Assembly: GCA_030698565.1 (NCBI GenBank)
Contig: JAUYJS010000008.1
Location: forward strand, 289,275 to 353,274
Direction of reading: 5' to 3'
Origin: Candidatus Shapirobacteria bacterium
GTDB taxonomy: Bacteria > Patescibacteriota > Microgenomatia > UBA12405
Length of the DNA: 64,000 bases
This document shows positions 9,593 through 20,571 of this stretch, in pieces. The notes below the pieces were generated by a model. It did not search any database. It was not told the origin of the DNA and was given only the letters and a program-made list of their open reading frames with translations. Within the stretch, counting starts at the first letter, position 1; each line of letters starts with the position of its first letter. The translations under genes and the position numbers were made by a program.

Positions 9593-12500
9593 GTGGCGAC
9601 AATAATTAGCTCCGACAAATTTTACGCAGAATACAACAAATTAAACCCTGAACAAAAACAGGCAGCCGATACCATTGAAGGTCCGGTCATGGTAATTGCC
9701 GGTGCTGGCACTGGCAAGACTCAAACTATCGCTCTAAGAATTGCCAACATTCTTCTAAAAACTCAAACTCCGGCCTACGCCATTTTATGTTTAACCTTTA
9801 CCGAAACCGGAGCCGCTGCCATGCGCCAGCGTCTTTTGGATATTATTGGTCTCCCTGCTTACGGCGTTAAAATCCACACCTTTCACTCCTTTTGCAATGA
9901 AATTATCAAAACTAATCCGGAATATTTTATCTTCGCCAAAAACATCGATAGCTTAGAAGAACTAGAAAGAATTGAAATTATTCAATCTTTGATTGAAAAA
10001 TTACCCGACGGAGCAATTCTTAAACCCTGGGGCGACCACTTTTATTATCAGCGCGAAATTATTAGTAAAATTCAAACCTTAAAACGGGAAAATATTACCC
10101 CCGATATTTTTTTGGATTTAATTCAAGAACAAAAAGAATTTTTAAAAGAATCAGAAGACTTATTTCTAAAGTTAAAAACACTTCGGGCCAACAAAGAATT
10201 AGAAACGGAAGTTTTGAATATCGTCGATTCTGTAATTAAAGTAGCAGGGGGTAAAAAATCAGTTTTAGCCAGGATTAACTATAATCTAGAAGCCTACAAA
10301 AAAGGAGTTTTTGATATTGGCGCAGCCAAAAGTCCAGCCGTTAATTTCAAAAACGCTCTCCTAAAAATATTTGATAATTTAATTAAAGATATTCCGAAGC
10401 AGGAAGAATTTTATAAAATTTATCTAAAATACCAAGAAGAACTAAAAAAACGCGGCCGTTATGATTTTGAAGACATGATTCTTTTTGTCTTAAATCAATT
10501 TAAAACTAACGAGGATCTTTTATTAACTTATCAGGAAAAATTCCAATATATTTTAGTTGATGAATATCAAGACACTAATACCGCTCAAAACGAAATTGTC
10601 CAGCTTTTAGGTTCTTATTTTGATGTCCCCAATATTTTTGTCGTCGGTGACGACGATCAATCAATTTTCCGTTTTCAAGGCGCTGCTATCGAAAATATAT
10701 ATAATTTTTATCAGACATATCGATCTCAAACAAAACTTATCGCCCTAAAAAATAATTATCGCAGTCACCAATTAATTTTGGATTCTTCTCAATCAGTTAT
10801 CAGCAACAACCAAAACCGAATTGCCAACTATATTAAAGAAATCGATAAATCTCTTGTTTCTGTCAAAACTTTTGACCCCGATCCGATTAATTTTTTTATG
10901 GCCGATTCTTGCGACGAGGAAAATTATTTTGTCGCCGAAAAAATTAAAAGCCTAATCAAAAAAGGCACCGACCCCGCAGAAATCGCGGTTCTTTTTCGCA
11001 ATAACAATGACGTAAATAACTTAATTGGCTATCTGGATAGCAACGAAATTAAATATCATTTGGGGTTAGGTGACAATGTTTTAGAAGACATTCGGGTTCA
11101 ACAAATTATAAAACTTTTATCATTTATCAATGATCCTTCTGTTGACGAACTTTTATTCCAAATCCTTTATTTTGATTTCCTAAAAATTAATTCTTACGAT
11201 CTTCTTCGAATTCTCAGATACAGTCGATCCGAGCATATTACTTTATCAAATTTAATCGCCGACAAATCCAAGCTTGAAAGTATTGATCCGTGTCTACGAA
11301 AAAATACTATTATTAAGCTAACTAATTTTTCCATTAGGGTGGCCAAGGCCCGAAAATGGCTCCAAAACTATTCCCTTGACCGTTTTTATAATAAATTTAT
11401 CAGGCGTTTTGGTTATTTAAAATATATATTGTCCCTTGACGATGTTTTTGTCGTCAATCATTTAAATATTTTTTACTCAGAATTAAAAAGACTCGCCCTT
11501 ACCAAAGGCCTTACTTTATCCCAATTCTTAGCCCGAATTGATTTATTCAAGGAAAATAGATTATCCCTATCTGCTCCTGAATTAAAATTAGACACCAACG
11601 GTTCCATAAATTTGATGACTGTTCACAAAGCCAAAGGATTGGAATTTGAACACGTTTTTTTGATTAAATGTAGCGATGGCAAATGGGGAAACAATAGTCA
11701 AAGTAGTTCTCTTAGGCTGCCTTTTGGTATTTTAAAAACAGAAATTTCCGTGTTAGCCGCCGACGAAAACGAAGAAGAAAGAAGACTCTTTTATGTGGCT
11801 TTAACCCGTGCCAAAAATCAAATATACATGTCCTATTCTGTAAAGAGTGAAACCGGTCGGAATCAATTTCCTTCAATTTTTACCAACGAAATTGACCCTA
11901 AATTAATTCAAATCATAAAACCAGACAGTGATTTTCATAAAAAAGCAATTCTCTCGGTATTACCTCAAGAAAGCAAAGTATTAATTTCAAATAAACAAGT
12001 CAAAAGTTACCTAAAAAATTATTTAACTCATGATTATAAATTCAATGTTACCCATCTCAATTCTTATCTAAAATGTCCTCTCTGTTTTTATTATAAAACC
12101 ATTTTACGAATACCGGCTGTCAAAAATAAACATGCCGCCTTGGGAACTGCAGTTCATGGCTCACTATCGTTTCTTTTTGAAACTTTAAAAGAAAAAAATA
12201 GCTTAATCGCCGAGGAAGAATTTTTATCCATATTTTATAAATATTTAATTAGAGAAAATTTAGATAATTTACAATTTTCTGAAGCCCTAAATCGAGGGAA
12301 CGAAATTTTGACGGATTATTATAATAATTATAAAAATACATTTTCTAATAACTGTCTAACTGAATATGATTTTTCCCACGATCACGTATTTTTGGACGAT
12401 ATTCCTCTAAGTGGAAAAATCGATAAAGTTGAAATTCTACCAACAAAACACAACGGCGAATTTGACGTTAATGTCATCGATTTTAAAACCGGCAACCCCG

Positions 12501-12805
12501 ACAACAAGTCCAAAGAATTAAAAGAAGACGGTGATTATTTTAGACAATTGGTTTTCTACAAAATTCTAGCCGACAACGATCCTAATTTTAAATATCACGT
12601 TAAGTCGGGCACTGTTGATTTTGTTGAAAAAAGTAAACGGAACAATAAATATGTTCAAAAGACTATAAATATCACCGACGATCATATAAATTTAGTTAAA
12701 ACTCAAATAAAAGAAATTTATCAAAAGATTTTAAACCTTGATTTTAATCGTGTCGGCGAGGACTGCAAAGACGAGCAAGATCTCCACAACCTGATAAAAT
12801 ATTGA
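9593..12805 (+). CDS. UvrD-family helicase fused to a C-terminal PD-(D/E)xK nuclease (AdnAB/AddA-like)
   Basis: AGAGTGKT, DEYQDTN, KAKGLEF, EERRLFYVALTRA; C-terminal GKIDKVE...VIDFKTG...QL.FY. Start set at the second GTG, 6 nt after TGcTAAAAT. Confidence 0.9.
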   Translation: MATIISSDKFYAEYNKLNPEQKQAADTIEGPVMVIAGAGTGKTQTIALRIANILLKTQTPAYAILCLTFTETGAAAMRQRLLDIIGLPAYGVKIHTFHSFCNEIIKTNPEYFIFAKNIDSLEELERIEIIQSLIEKLPDGAILKPWGDHFYYQREIISKIQTLKRENITPDIFLDLIQEQKEFLKESEDLFLKLKTLRANKELETEVLNIVDSVIKVAGGKKSVLARINYNLEAYKKGVFDIGAAKSPAVNFKNALLKIFDNLIKDIPKQEEFYKIYLKYQEELKKRGRYDFEDMILFVLNQFKTNEDLLLTYQEKFQYILVDEYQDTNTAQNEIVQLLGSYFDVPNIFVVGDDDQSIFRFQGAAIENIYNFYQTYRSQTKLIALKNNYRSHQLILDSSQSVISNNQNRIANYIKEIDKSLVSVKTFDPDPINFFMADSCDEENYFVAEKIKSLIKKGTDPAEIAVLFRNNNDVNNLIGYLDSNEIKYHLGLGDNVLEDIRVQQIIKLLSFINDPSVDELLFQILYFDFLKINSYDLLRILRYSRSEHITLSNLIADKSKLESIDPCLRKNTIIKLTNFSIRVAKARKWLQNYSLDRFYNKFIRRFGYLKYILSLDDVFVVNHLNIFYSELKRLALTKGLTLSQFLARIDLFKENRLSLSAPELKLDTNGSINLMTVHKAKGLEFEHVFLIKCSDGKWGNNSQSSSLRLPFGILKTEISVLAADENEEERRLFYVALTRAKNQIYMSYSVKSETGRNQFPSIFTNEIDPKLIQIIKPDSDFHKKAILSVLPQESKVLISNKQVKSYLKNYLTHDYKFNVTHLNSYLKCPLCFYYKTILRIPAVKNKHAALGTAVHGSLSFLFETLKEKNSLIAEEEFLSIFYKYLIRENLDNLQFSEALNRGNEILTDYYNNYKNTFSNNCLTEYDFSHDHVFLDDIPLSGKIDKVEILPTKHNGEFDVNVIDFKTGNPDNKSKELKEDGDYFRQLVFYKILADNDPNFKYHVKSGTVDFVEKSKRNNKYVQKTINITDDHINLVKTQIKEIYQKILNLDFNRVGEDCKDEQDLHNLIKY

Positions 12806-12806
12806 C

Positions 12807-13238
12807 ATGAAAGTAAGCATCAAACGCTTTGATAAAAGTTTGCCTTTGCCTGTTTATAAAACTGCTGGCGCCGCCTGTGTCGATCTTTGTTCCCGTATCG
12901 ATATTACGATTCCCTCACACCAAATTGCTTACATACCCCTAAATGTAGCTCTAAAAATCCCCCAAGGTTATTGGTCTATGATGGTCCCCCGCAGTTCTAC
13001 CCACAAAATGGGTATTATGCAGGCCAACCACATGGGAGTTTTGGATAGCGATTATTGCGGCGACAATGATGAATATATTTTTACCGCTTACAATTTTACC
13101 GATAAAGAAGTCACTATCGAAAAAGGCACTCGGATTGCCCAGTTAATGGTCCAAAAATACGAATCAATAGAATTTGAAGAATCGGATCACCTAGATTGCA
13201 ATGATCGCGGCGGCTTTGGCACTACCGGCAATCGTTAA
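12807..13238 (+). CDS. dut: Trimeric dUTP diphosphatase
   Basis: PRSS, GVLDSDY.G, RIAQL, RGGFGTTG. Confidence 0.93.
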   Translation: MKVSIKRFDKSLPLPVYKTAGAACVDLCSRIDITIPSHQIAYIPLNVALKIPQGYWSMMVPRSSTHKMGIMQANHMGVLDSDYCGDNDEYIFTAYNFTDKEVTIEKGTRIAQLMVQKYESIEFEESDHLDCNDRGGFGTTGNR

Positions 13239-13263
13239 TGAGTTGATTAGTGTAAAATAAATA

Positions 13264-14385
13264 ATGGTTGTGGTTTACCTTATTTTAGGAATTTTTGTTG
13301 GCATTGTAGTTGGCATGATTGCGATTACGGTTCTTTCCAGAAAAAATAACCCTGACAAATTATCCCAAGATTTTTTTAACCGTTTCAATGAAAAATTTCC
13401 CGAAATTTTAAATCAAGCCAACACCAGTTTAATTACTTTAGCCAATCAAAAACTAACAGCCGAAAAACAGGAAATAAGCAGTGATTTGGCCAACAAAAAG
13501 GCTGCCATCGAAGATCTTATCAAAAGAGTGCTGGAAGAAATGAAAATCAATTCTCAAAAATTAGAACAGGCCGAGTCCAACAGGGTTGGTAGTTTCAACA
13601 GCCTCCGCGAGGCCATCGACAATAATCGGAAAATTACAGAACAATTATCGGTTACAGCCGAAGCCCTCAAAAAAGTTTTGTCCAACAATCAACTTCGGGG
13701 TGCCTTCGGGGAAAAGGTTGCCGAAGATCTTTTGAAAATGTCCGGATTTGTAAAAGGCATTGATTACGAGTTCAATAAAGAACAAGCAACTACGGAAACT
13801 CGCCCGGATTTTTGTATATTTTTACCCGATGGTGCCAAAATAAACGTCGATGCCAAATTCCCATATGCTAATTTGCAAAAAATGACGGAAGCTGAGAGTG
13901 CAGAATCCAAAAATGAATATCTAAAATTATTCGAGCGTGACGTCAAAGACAAAATCCGCCAAGTCTGCACTCGTGATTATATTGATCCAGAAAATAAAAC
14001 AGTTGATTTTTGTATTTTATTTATCCCCAACGAAATGATTTTCTCCTTTATTTACGACAAATTGCCCCAAGTTTGGGAAGAAGCCCTAATGAAAAAAGTG
14101 GTTTTTGCCGGACCTTTCAGCTTTACAGCTATTTTAAGAATGGTTCGCCAGGCCTATGATAATTTTTCTTATCAAAAAAATGTTCAAACCATTATTGGCC
14201 ACATTCATTTGTTCGAAAAAGAATTTGGTAAATACAATGATGAATTTCTCAAGATTGGAGTGAAGATTGATTCATTATCCCGTCAATACAATGAAGTTAG
14301 TTCAACTCGTACCAGTAAATTACTTCGGGTTATCGATAAAATAAATATTGAAGATACTGCTTCCAAAAAACAATTACTAGACTAG
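13264..14385 (+). CDS. rmuC: DNA recombination protein RmuC
   Basis: N-terminal TM and coiled coil; RG.FGE, RPD..I.LP, VDAKFP, LFIPNE. Confidence 0.9.
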   Translation: MVVVYLILGIFVGIVVGMIAITVLSRKNNPDKLSQDFFNRFNEKFPEILNQANTSLITLANQKLTAEKQEISSDLANKKAAIEDLIKRVLEEMKINSQKLEQAESNRVGSFNSLREAIDNNRKITEQLSVTAEALKKVLSNNQLRGAFGEKVAEDLLKMSGFVKGIDYEFNKEQATTETRPDFCIFLPDGAKINVDAKFPYANLQKMTEAESAESKNEYLKLFERDVKDKIRQVCTRDYIDPENKTVDFCILFIPNEMIFSFIYDKLPQVWEEALMKKVVFAGPFSFTAILRMVRQAYDNFSYQKNVQTIIGHIHLFEKEFGKYNDEFLKIGVKIDSLSRQYNEVSSTRTSKLLRVIDKINIEDTASKKQLLD

Positions 14386-14386
14386 C

Positions 14387-14593
14387 ATGAAACTAAATAT
14401 ATTTTTCTGTCTTATTCTGTATTTATATATTAGTACGGTTTATCCGAACACTCTTTTGAATAAATTTATATTTTTTGTTTTAGTATTTTGCAGTCTATTC
14501 TCTCTTTTTTATATCGTTATCAAAAATATTAAATTGAATCTAATTCTTAGTCTTTTTCTAATATTCGTTTTACTCTTGGCGATTTTTAGGTAA
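14387..14593 (+). CDS. Small hydrophobic hypothetical protein
   Basis: 68 aa ORF filling the gap directly after rmuC; very hydrophobic, but AT-rich DNA can give such ORFs by chance. Confidence 0.35.
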   Translation: MKLNIFFCLILYLYISTVYPNTLLNKFIFFVLVFCSLFSLFYIVIKNIKLNLILSLFLIFVLLLAIFR

Positions 14594-14607
14594 TTCAATT
14601 ATCCCCC

Positions 14608-14644
14608 TTGACACCCCTTAGCAGTCGACATATTATATTGCTAA
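14608..14644 (+). promoter_or_regulatory. hrcA promoter (TTGACA 14608-14613, N17, TATTAT 14631-14636) overlapped by a CIRCE operator TTAGCAGTC-N9-TATTGCTAA (14618-14644)
   Basis: Matches CIRCE consensus TTAGCACTC-N9-GAGTGCTAA with 3 mismatches, immediately before hrcA. Confidence 0.88.
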
Positions 14645-14645
14645 T

Positions 14646-15380
14646 ATGTCTGACTTAACCCAGCGCCAAATCAAGATTCTTAAATGTATTACTGAGGAAT
14701 TTATTGAAACAGCCGAACCTGTCGGTTCAGAAACTTTGGAGAGAAAATTTAATTTAGGCATTTCATCGGCCACAATTCGCAACGAAATGGCCTCCCTGAC
14801 TCAATTGGGATTTTTAAAGAAAAGTCATTTGTCGGCCGGACGATGTCCCACATCTATGGGTTTGAAATATTACGTCAGAAATTTAATGACCCCAAAGAAC
14901 ATGTCAGTCAGTGACGAAATCGGAGTCAAAGAAAAGATTTGGGATTATCGAAATGAGTTTGAAAGATTAATCAAAGAAACCACCAAAGAATTGGCCCTCA
15001 GAACCAGGTCTCTGGCTATGGCCACAACCGACCAAGGCTCGCTTTACTCTTATGGTGCTTCGAATTTATTGGAAGAACCCGAATTTTACAATATTGATGT
15101 CACTAAAACTATTTTATCTTTAATGGACAATTCCAATTTTTGGTTTGAAATTATTAATAAAGCCGGTGTTACCAACAAATCAGAAGAAGTAATTCATTTA
15201 CTTATTGGTGAAGATTTGGGCATGGAACACTTAGAACCATGTGGTTTTGTGTATCAAACCTACGAAGCCGGTCCTCATCGGGGGATTTTGGGTATCATTG
15301 GTCCAGCCAGATTTAGATATCAAAGCGTCGTCCCGGTAGTTGATTATTTTGCCCAACTGTTGTCTACTATTACACGTTAA
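14646..15380 (+). CDS. hrcA: Heat-inducible transcription repressor HrcA (short form)
   Basis: EPVGS..L, SSATIRNEM..L...GFL...H.SAGR.PT, GIIGP.R..Y; heads grpE-dnaK. Confidence 0.92.
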   Translation: MSDLTQRQIKILKCITEEFIETAEPVGSETLERKFNLGISSATIRNEMASLTQLGFLKKSHLSAGRCPTSMGLKYYVRNLMTPKNMSVSDEIGVKEKIWDYRNEFERLIKETTKELALRTRSLAMATTDQGSLYSYGASNLLEEPEFYNIDVTKTILSLMDNSNFWFEIINKAGVTNKSEEVIHLLIGEDLGMEHLEPCGFVYQTYEAGPHRGILGIIGPARFRYQSVVPVVDYFAQLLSTITR

Positions 15381-15389
15381 TATTTTTTT

Positions 15390-15845
15390 ATGAAAAACAA
15401 AAAAACAGAAAAAATATCTAAAAATGAAACCGGTTCAGACTCAATTGAAAAATTGTTGGAACTGGAAAATAAATTAGCCCGATCATTAGCTGATTATTCT
15501 AACTTAGAAAAGAGAATTGAAAATCAAAGGCAGATGTTTGTCACACTAGCTACTACTGCCATATTATCTAGAATGGTGGAAGTACTGGATGATTTATATC
15601 TCGCCCAAAATCATCTAAAAGATCAGGGTCTACAAATGGCCATCGACAAATTTACCAATGTTCTAAAATCAGAAGGACTAGAAGAAATTAAAACCGAGGG
15701 TGAATTTAATCCAGAAACCATGGACTGCGTCCAAGCAGTTCCAGGTGAAGATAACCAGGTTGTCGAAGTCAAAAAGAAAGGTTATAAATTAAACGGACAA
15801 GTTATTCGTCCCGCCCAAGTAACTGTCGGAAAACAAAATAATTAA
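15390..15845 (+). CDS. grpE: Nucleotide exchange factor GrpE
   Basis: R.LADY.N..KR, F.P, KGYKLNGQVIRPAQVTV. Confidence 0.92.
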   Translation: MKNKKTEKISKNETGSDSIEKLLELENKLARSLADYSNLEKRIENQRQMFVTLATTAILSRMVEVLDDLYLAQNHLKDQGLQMAIDKFTNVLKSEGLEEIKTEGEFNPETMDCVQAVPGEDNQVVEVKKKGYKLNGQVIRPAQVTVGKQNN

Positions 15846-15868
15846 TATTAATTAAAAATTAAAAAAAT

Positions 15869-17782
15869 ATGGCAAACAAAATCATCGGAATCGATTTAGG
15901 AACAACCAACTCCTGCGTTGCTGTTATGGAGGCAGGTCATCCTAAGGTTATTATCACCTCTGAAGGACGAAATGTTATTCCTTCAGTTGTTGAACCAGTC
16001 AAAAAAATAGTTGGCGATTTGGCCAAAAGACAAATGGTTCTCAATCCTCAAAATACGGTTTATAGTGTTAAGCGTTTAATGGGTAGAAGAATTGACGATC
16101 CAGAAGTTAAAAAAACTCAAACCAACGTTCCCTACAAAATAGTTGCCGGCAAGGACAATACTGCTTCTGTTGAAATTAACGGTAAAGCGTATACACCTCA
16201 AGAAATTTCCGCCATGATTTTGCAAAAAGCCAAGGCCGATGCCGAAAAATATTTAGGTGAAAAAGTAACCGATGCCGTCATTACTGTTCCAGCTTATTTT
16301 GATGATTCTCAACGCCAAGCAACTAAGCAAGCCGGTGAAATTGCCGGTCTCAATGTCAAAAGAATTGTCAACGAGCCAACTGCAGCTGCTTTGGCCTATG
16401 GTATGGACAAAAAGAAAAGTGGAATAATCGCTGTTTATGATTTAGGCGGCGGTACTTTTGATATTTCTATTTTAGAAATTGGTGGCGGTATTTTTGAAGT
16501 TAAATCAACCAATGGCAACACATTTTTAGGTGGTGACGATTTTGATCACAAAATTATTGCCTGGCTTTTGGAAAATTTCCAAAAAGAAAATGGTGTCGAT
16601 TTAGCCAAAGATCCTCAAGCTCTTCAAAGAGTCCGCGAGGCTGCTGAAAAAGCCAAAATTGAATTGTCTTCCACGTATGAAGCCGAAATTAATTTGCCTT
16701 TCATTACTCAAAAAGACGGTCAACCTTTGCATTTGACCACCAAACTAACTCTTTCTGAGCTAGAAAAATTAGTTGATGATCTTATTCAAAAAACTCTCGA
16801 ACCAGTAGAGAAAGCGCTAAAAGATGCCGGTGTTAGCAAGTCAGACGTTGGCGACATTATCATGGTGGGCGGTATGACCAGAATGCCCAAAGTCCAACAG
16901 GTCGTCAAAGACTTTTTTGGTAAAGACCTAAACAATACTGTTAACCCAGATGAAGTTGTTGCTATTGGTGCTGCTATTCAAGGCGCAGTTTTAACCGGAG
17001 AAGTTAAAGATATAGTTTTACTCGATGTTACCCCATTAACTTTAGGTATTGAAACCGCTGGTGGTGTTCGGACACCTTTAATTGAAAGGAATACAACTAT
17101 CCCAACTAAAAAATCACAAGTGTTTACCACATATGCTGATAATCAACCTCAAGTAGAAATAAATGTTTTGCAGGGTGAAAGGCCAATGGCCACCGACAAC
17201 AAAACTTTGGGTCGATTCGTTTTAGATGGTATTGCTCCAGCACCTCGTGGTACTCCTCAAGTCGAAGTTACCTTCGATATTGATAGTAACGGAATTCTAA
17301 GCGTCAGTGCCAAGGATAAGGGCACCAATAAAGAGCAAAAGATTACCATTCAAAATGCTACCAATCTTTCTGAAGAAGAAATTGAAACCATGAAAAAAGA
17401 TGCCGAGGTTCATGCCAGGGAAGACGAAGACAGAAGATTATCTGCCGAGTCCAAAAACAAACTTGACAGCACTATTTTTTCAGCTGAAAAATCCTTAAAG
17501 GAATTTGGTGATAAAGTTAAGCCCGAAGACAAGGCTAAAATCGAAGAAAAACTCAAGGCAGCCCAGGAATTAGTGGGTAAACCCGATGCCAAAAAAGACG
17601 ACTTCGACAAGGCCAATGAAGAATTAAGTCAAATTCTCCAAACAATTGGTGCCGCTGTTTATCAGCAACAACAACCCAGTCAGCCAAGTCCCGAAGGTAA
17701 AGGCCCAGAAGAACCACCAAAAGAAGAGCCTAAAAAAGCTGACGATAAAAAAGAAGCTGAAGAAGGCGAGGTTGTTCAATAA
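15869..17782 (+). CDS. dnaK: Chaperone DnaK (Hsp70)
   Basis: [35 protein letters not shown]. Confidence 0.98.
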   Translation: MANKIIGIDLGTTNSCVAVMEAGHPKVIITSEGRNVIPSVVEPVKKIVGDLAKRQMVLNPQNTVYSVKRLMGRRIDDPEVKKTQTNVPYKIVAGKDNTASVEINGKAYTPQEISAMILQKAKADAEKYLGEKVTDAVITVPAYFDDSQRQATKQAGEIAGLNVKRIVNEPTAAALAYGMDKKKSGIIAVYDLGGGTFDISILEIGGGIFEVKSTNGNTFLGGDDFDHKIIAWLLENFQKENGVDLAKDPQALQRVREAAEKAKIELSSTYEAEINLPFITQKDGQPLHLTTKLTLSELEKLVDDLIQKTLEPVEKALKDAGVSKSDVGDIIMVGGMTRMPKVQQVVKDFFGKDLNNTVNPDEVVAIGAAIQGAVLTGEVKDIVLLDVTPLTLGIETAGGVRTPLIERNTTIPTKKSQVFTTYADNQPQVEINVLQGERPMATDNKTLGRFVLDGIAPAPRGTPQVEVTFDIDSNGILSVSAKDKGTNKEQKITIQNATNLSEEEIETMKKDAEVHAREDEDRRLSAESKNKLDSTIFSAEKSLKEFGDKVKPEDKAKIEEKLKAAQELVGKPDAKKDDFDKANEELSQILQTIGAAVYQQQQPSQPSPEGKGPEEPPKEEPKKADDKKEAEEGEVVQ

Positions 17783-17795
17783 TATTTATTATCTT

Positions 17796-17822
17796 GTAGA
17801 GACGCCCCGCTGGGCGTCTCTA
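17796..17822 (+). repeat. REP palindrome GTAGAGACGCCC-CGCT-GGGCGTCTCTA (RAYT type)
   Basis: GTAG foot plus 11-bp arms; same family as the REPs at 45107-45227; lies between dnaK and dnaJ. Confidence 0.85.
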
Positions 17823-17852
17823 TTTGATTGTTGGTGATGTTAAAATAGACCC

Positions 17853-18713
17853 ATGAAACGCGATTTTTATGAAGTACTAGGTGTCAACAAAGGTTCTGGT
17901 AAGGACGAAGTAAAAAGTGCCTATCGCAAGATGGCCATGAAATTTCATCCGGATCAAAACAAAGAACCCGATGCTGAGGAAAAATTCAAGGAAATTAACG
18001 AAGCCTATGAAGTCCTAAGCAACGAACAAAAGCGATCAGCTTATGATCAATATGGTCATGCGGCATTCGATCCTAGCTCAGCTGGTGGCTTTGGCGGTCA
18101 TACTTATACCAATCAAAACGGTCCATTTAATTACACTTACACCAGCTCTGGTGGCAATCCATTCGGCGGCAATGCCGATTTTGATTTTGGTGGATTCAGT
18201 AACCCCTTTGATATTTTCGAACAATTTTTTGGCACCTCTTTTTCTCAAAATCGCGGGCCCAAAATAACTACTTATCGAGTCCAATTAACTTTTTTAGAAG
18301 CTGCCAATGGTGTGGAAAAAGATTTTGTTATTGATGGTCAAAAAAGAAAAGTAAAAATCCCAGCTGGTGTCGACGATGGTCAAAGAGTTAGGTTCAAAGA
18401 ATTTATTTTATATATTGACGTCTTACCAGACAAGGTTTTTAAAAGGGAAGGCAATGACGCCTTTGTTAACTTCAATATTACCCTAACACAGGCCATTTTG
18501 GGCGACACCATCGAAGTTCCCACACTCCAAAAGCCACTCAAGATAAAAATCAAACCGGGCACTCAACCAAATACTTTAATCAGACTAAAAGACAAAGGTA
18601 TCCATGATATCAATGGCTATGGTTACGGCGATTTATATATTCGATTAACAATCGAAATCCCAAGCCGCCTTTCCTCTCACCAAAAAAATCTGCTAAAACA
18701 GTTAGATTTATAA
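17853..18713 (+). CDS. dnaJ: DnaJ-class co-chaperone lacking the zinc-finger domain
   Basis: J domain with HPD, G/F-rich linker, C-terminal domain; no CxxCxGxG repeats. Confidence 0.88.
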   Translation: MKRDFYEVLGVNKGSGKDEVKSAYRKMAMKFHPDQNKEPDAEEKFKEINEAYEVLSNEQKRSAYDQYGHAAFDPSSAGGFGGHTYTNQNGPFNYTYTSSGGNPFGGNADFDFGGFSNPFDIFEQFFGTSFSQNRGPKITTYRVQLTFLEAANGVEKDFVIDGQKRKVKIPAGVDDGQRVRFKEFILYIDVLPDKVFKREGNDAFVNFNITLTQAILGDTIEVPTLQKPLKIKIKPGTQPNTLIRLKDKGIHDINGYGYGDLYIRLTIEIPSRLSSHQKNLLKQLDL

Positions 18714-18765
18714 CTTTTATTCAACAGGCTCAAAAATTTTAAGGTATAATTTTCTCATATTAATT

Positions 18766-19794
18766 ATGACCAAAACTATTACAAAAAACATCCAATCTCA
18801 ATCGCAAATAATTATCTATAAAACAGAAACAGGCGAGACTAAAATTGATGTTCGTTTTGAAAATGAAAATGTATGGCTTACTCAAAACGCATTAGCGGAT
18901 CTCTTTCAAACAACAAAGCAAAACATAAGTCAGCACATCAAAAATATTTTTGAAGAAAAAGAGTTATTAGAAAATTCAACTGTAAAGAAACTCTTTACAG
19001 TTCAAAAAGAAGGTAACCGCGAAATAAAACGAGAAATAGATTATTACAACCTTGATCTGATTATTTCCGTTGGCTATCGTATCAAAAGCTCTATTGCCAC
19101 CGCATTTCGTCAGTGGGCTACTCTTCAACTTCGCGAATATATTGTTAAGGGTTTTGTTATGGACGACGAAAGATTAAAAAATCCCGATTTACCATTTGAT
19201 TATTTTGAAGAATTAACTCGTCGTATTACAGATATTCGTACATCTGAAAAACGATTTTATAGAAAAATTACCGATATTTATGCTACCAGCGTTGATTATG
19301 ATCCAACCGACGAAATAAGTATTCTCTTTTTTAAAACTGTCCAAAACAAAGTTCATTATGCCATTACCGGGAGTACTGCGGCGGAGATAATTGTCAGTAG
19401 GGTAGATAGTAAAAAACCAAATGTAGGTCTGACAAATTTTCGTGGTAGTAAACCAACCAAAGAAGAAGTTGTGATTGCTAAAAATTATTTGAGTGAGCAG
19501 GAGCTCTTGGTGTTAAATAATCTTGTTGAGCAATATTTAGTATTTGCCCAAGGACAGGCAATACAGAGAGTACCAATGTATATGGACGACTGGATAAATA
19601 AACTCAATGCTTTTTTGCAGATTAATAATAAAGATATTTTAAAAGATGCCGGTAAAGTCTCTCATGAATTGGCCATAGAAATAGCTGAAAAGAATTTTGA
19701 TGAATATAAAAAAAGTGAAGCAAAAAATATTAATAATGATTTTGATTCAGTCGCTCTGCACGCACTTGAAATAACCAAGAAAAAAAGAAGATAA
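18766..19794 (+). CDS. RhuM-family (virulence RhuM / putative DNA-binding) protein
   Basis: WLTQ..LA.LF, YNLD.IISVGYR, FRQWAT..L.EY.VKGF.MDDERLK, IR.SEKRFY.K, AKNYL. Confidence 0.9.
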   Translation: MTKTITKNIQSQSQIIIYKTETGETKIDVRFENENVWLTQNALADLFQTTKQNISQHIKNIFEEKELLENSTVKKLFTVQKEGNREIKREIDYYNLDLIISVGYRIKSSIATAFRQWATLQLREYIVKGFVMDDERLKNPDLPFDYFEELTRRITDIRTSEKRFYRKITDIYATSVDYDPTDEISILFFKTVQNKVHYAITGSTAAEIIVSRVDSKKPNVGLTNFRGSKPTKEEVVIAKNYLSEQELLVLNNLVEQYLVFAQGQAIQRVPMYMDDWINKLNAFLQINNKDILKDAGKVSHELAIEIAEKNFDEYKKSEAKNINNDFDSVALHALEITKKKRR

Positions 19795-19844
19795 AAAATC
19801 CCTTTTATAATTTAGACGTAATAAATTCTGCTCTTCAGAACCAA

Positions 19845-19872
19845 AAAATACCCCGCCGCAGCGGGGTATTTT
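19845..19872. terminator. Bidirectional intrinsic terminator AAAATACCCCGC-CGCA-GCGGGGTATTTT
   Basis: Perfect 12-bp arms with A/T tails between convergent genes. Confidence 0.88.
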
Positions 19873-19887
19873 AATTTCAATTCTTAT

Positions 19888-20571
19888 TTAGAATAATTTC
19901 TTAAAGAAATTCAATAATTTATTAAAGAATCCACCATCTTCCTGAGTAGCTACTGGAGTTGGAGTTGCTGGTTTTACTGGAGCAACTGTTACATTGGCTT
20001 TTTGTTGTGGAGCCACAGTCACATTTGCGTTTTTAGGAGCAGCTGGATTAACTTTTTCACTTGGCTTTACTGTATTTGGAGTGGTAACAGTTTTAGCTAC
20101 GACCGGTACTGCTCTATTAGCTGCAGCAACCACTCTTCCATTTCCACCAACAGTTACTGGCCATTCATTTGAAAAAGCACCTGGCATACAACCACTATTT
20201 GCTTTTACGGCAAAATAATATTTACCGGCAGGTAAACTTCTAATATCTACACTTCGGGAATTGCTGTCTCCAAAATTAGAAAGACCATAAATGTACTTTC
20301 CTGGTTGATTACCATAAGCAACTGTCCATGACGATGCCGAATCAACCTTATCCCATTTAAGTTCTACTTCACCAGTTTTAATATTTCTGGCAGAGTACAA
20401 CCAAGCCTTAGCTGGAGCAGTGTCATGACACTCACGATCTGGACCGGCTGGGGTAGAACCGTAAGCCAGGACAGAGGAAGCGTTGTTGGTTAACAACACA
20501 GCCGAAGCTACGCTCACCATTACTAAATAGGCAATACTTTTTACACATTTACTTTTGTTCATATTTTTCAA
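19888..20571 (-). CDS. Secreted fibronectin type III-like domain protein with P/T/A-rich tail
   Basis: Signal peptide; V.LKW......WTV.YG...G.Y.Y, YYFAVKA.SGC.PG.FSNE; low-complexity tail; likely start ATG 20562. Confidence 0.75.
   Translation of the reverse strand: MKNMNKSKCVKSIAYLVMVSVASAVLLTNNASSVLAYGSTPAGPDRECHDTAPAKAWLYSARNIKTGEVELKWDKVDSASSWTVAYGNQPGKYIYGLSNFGDSNSRSVDIRSLPAGKYYFAVKANSGCMPGAFSNEWPVTVGGNGRVVAAANRAVPVVAKTVTTPNTVKPSEKVNPAAPKNANVTVAPQQKANVTVAPVKPATPTPVATQEDGGFFNKLLNFFKKLF

Noticed and set aside
19975-20030. Short duplicated peptide ANVTVAP in the FN3-like protein
   Set aside because: Ordinary low-complexity linker duplication.
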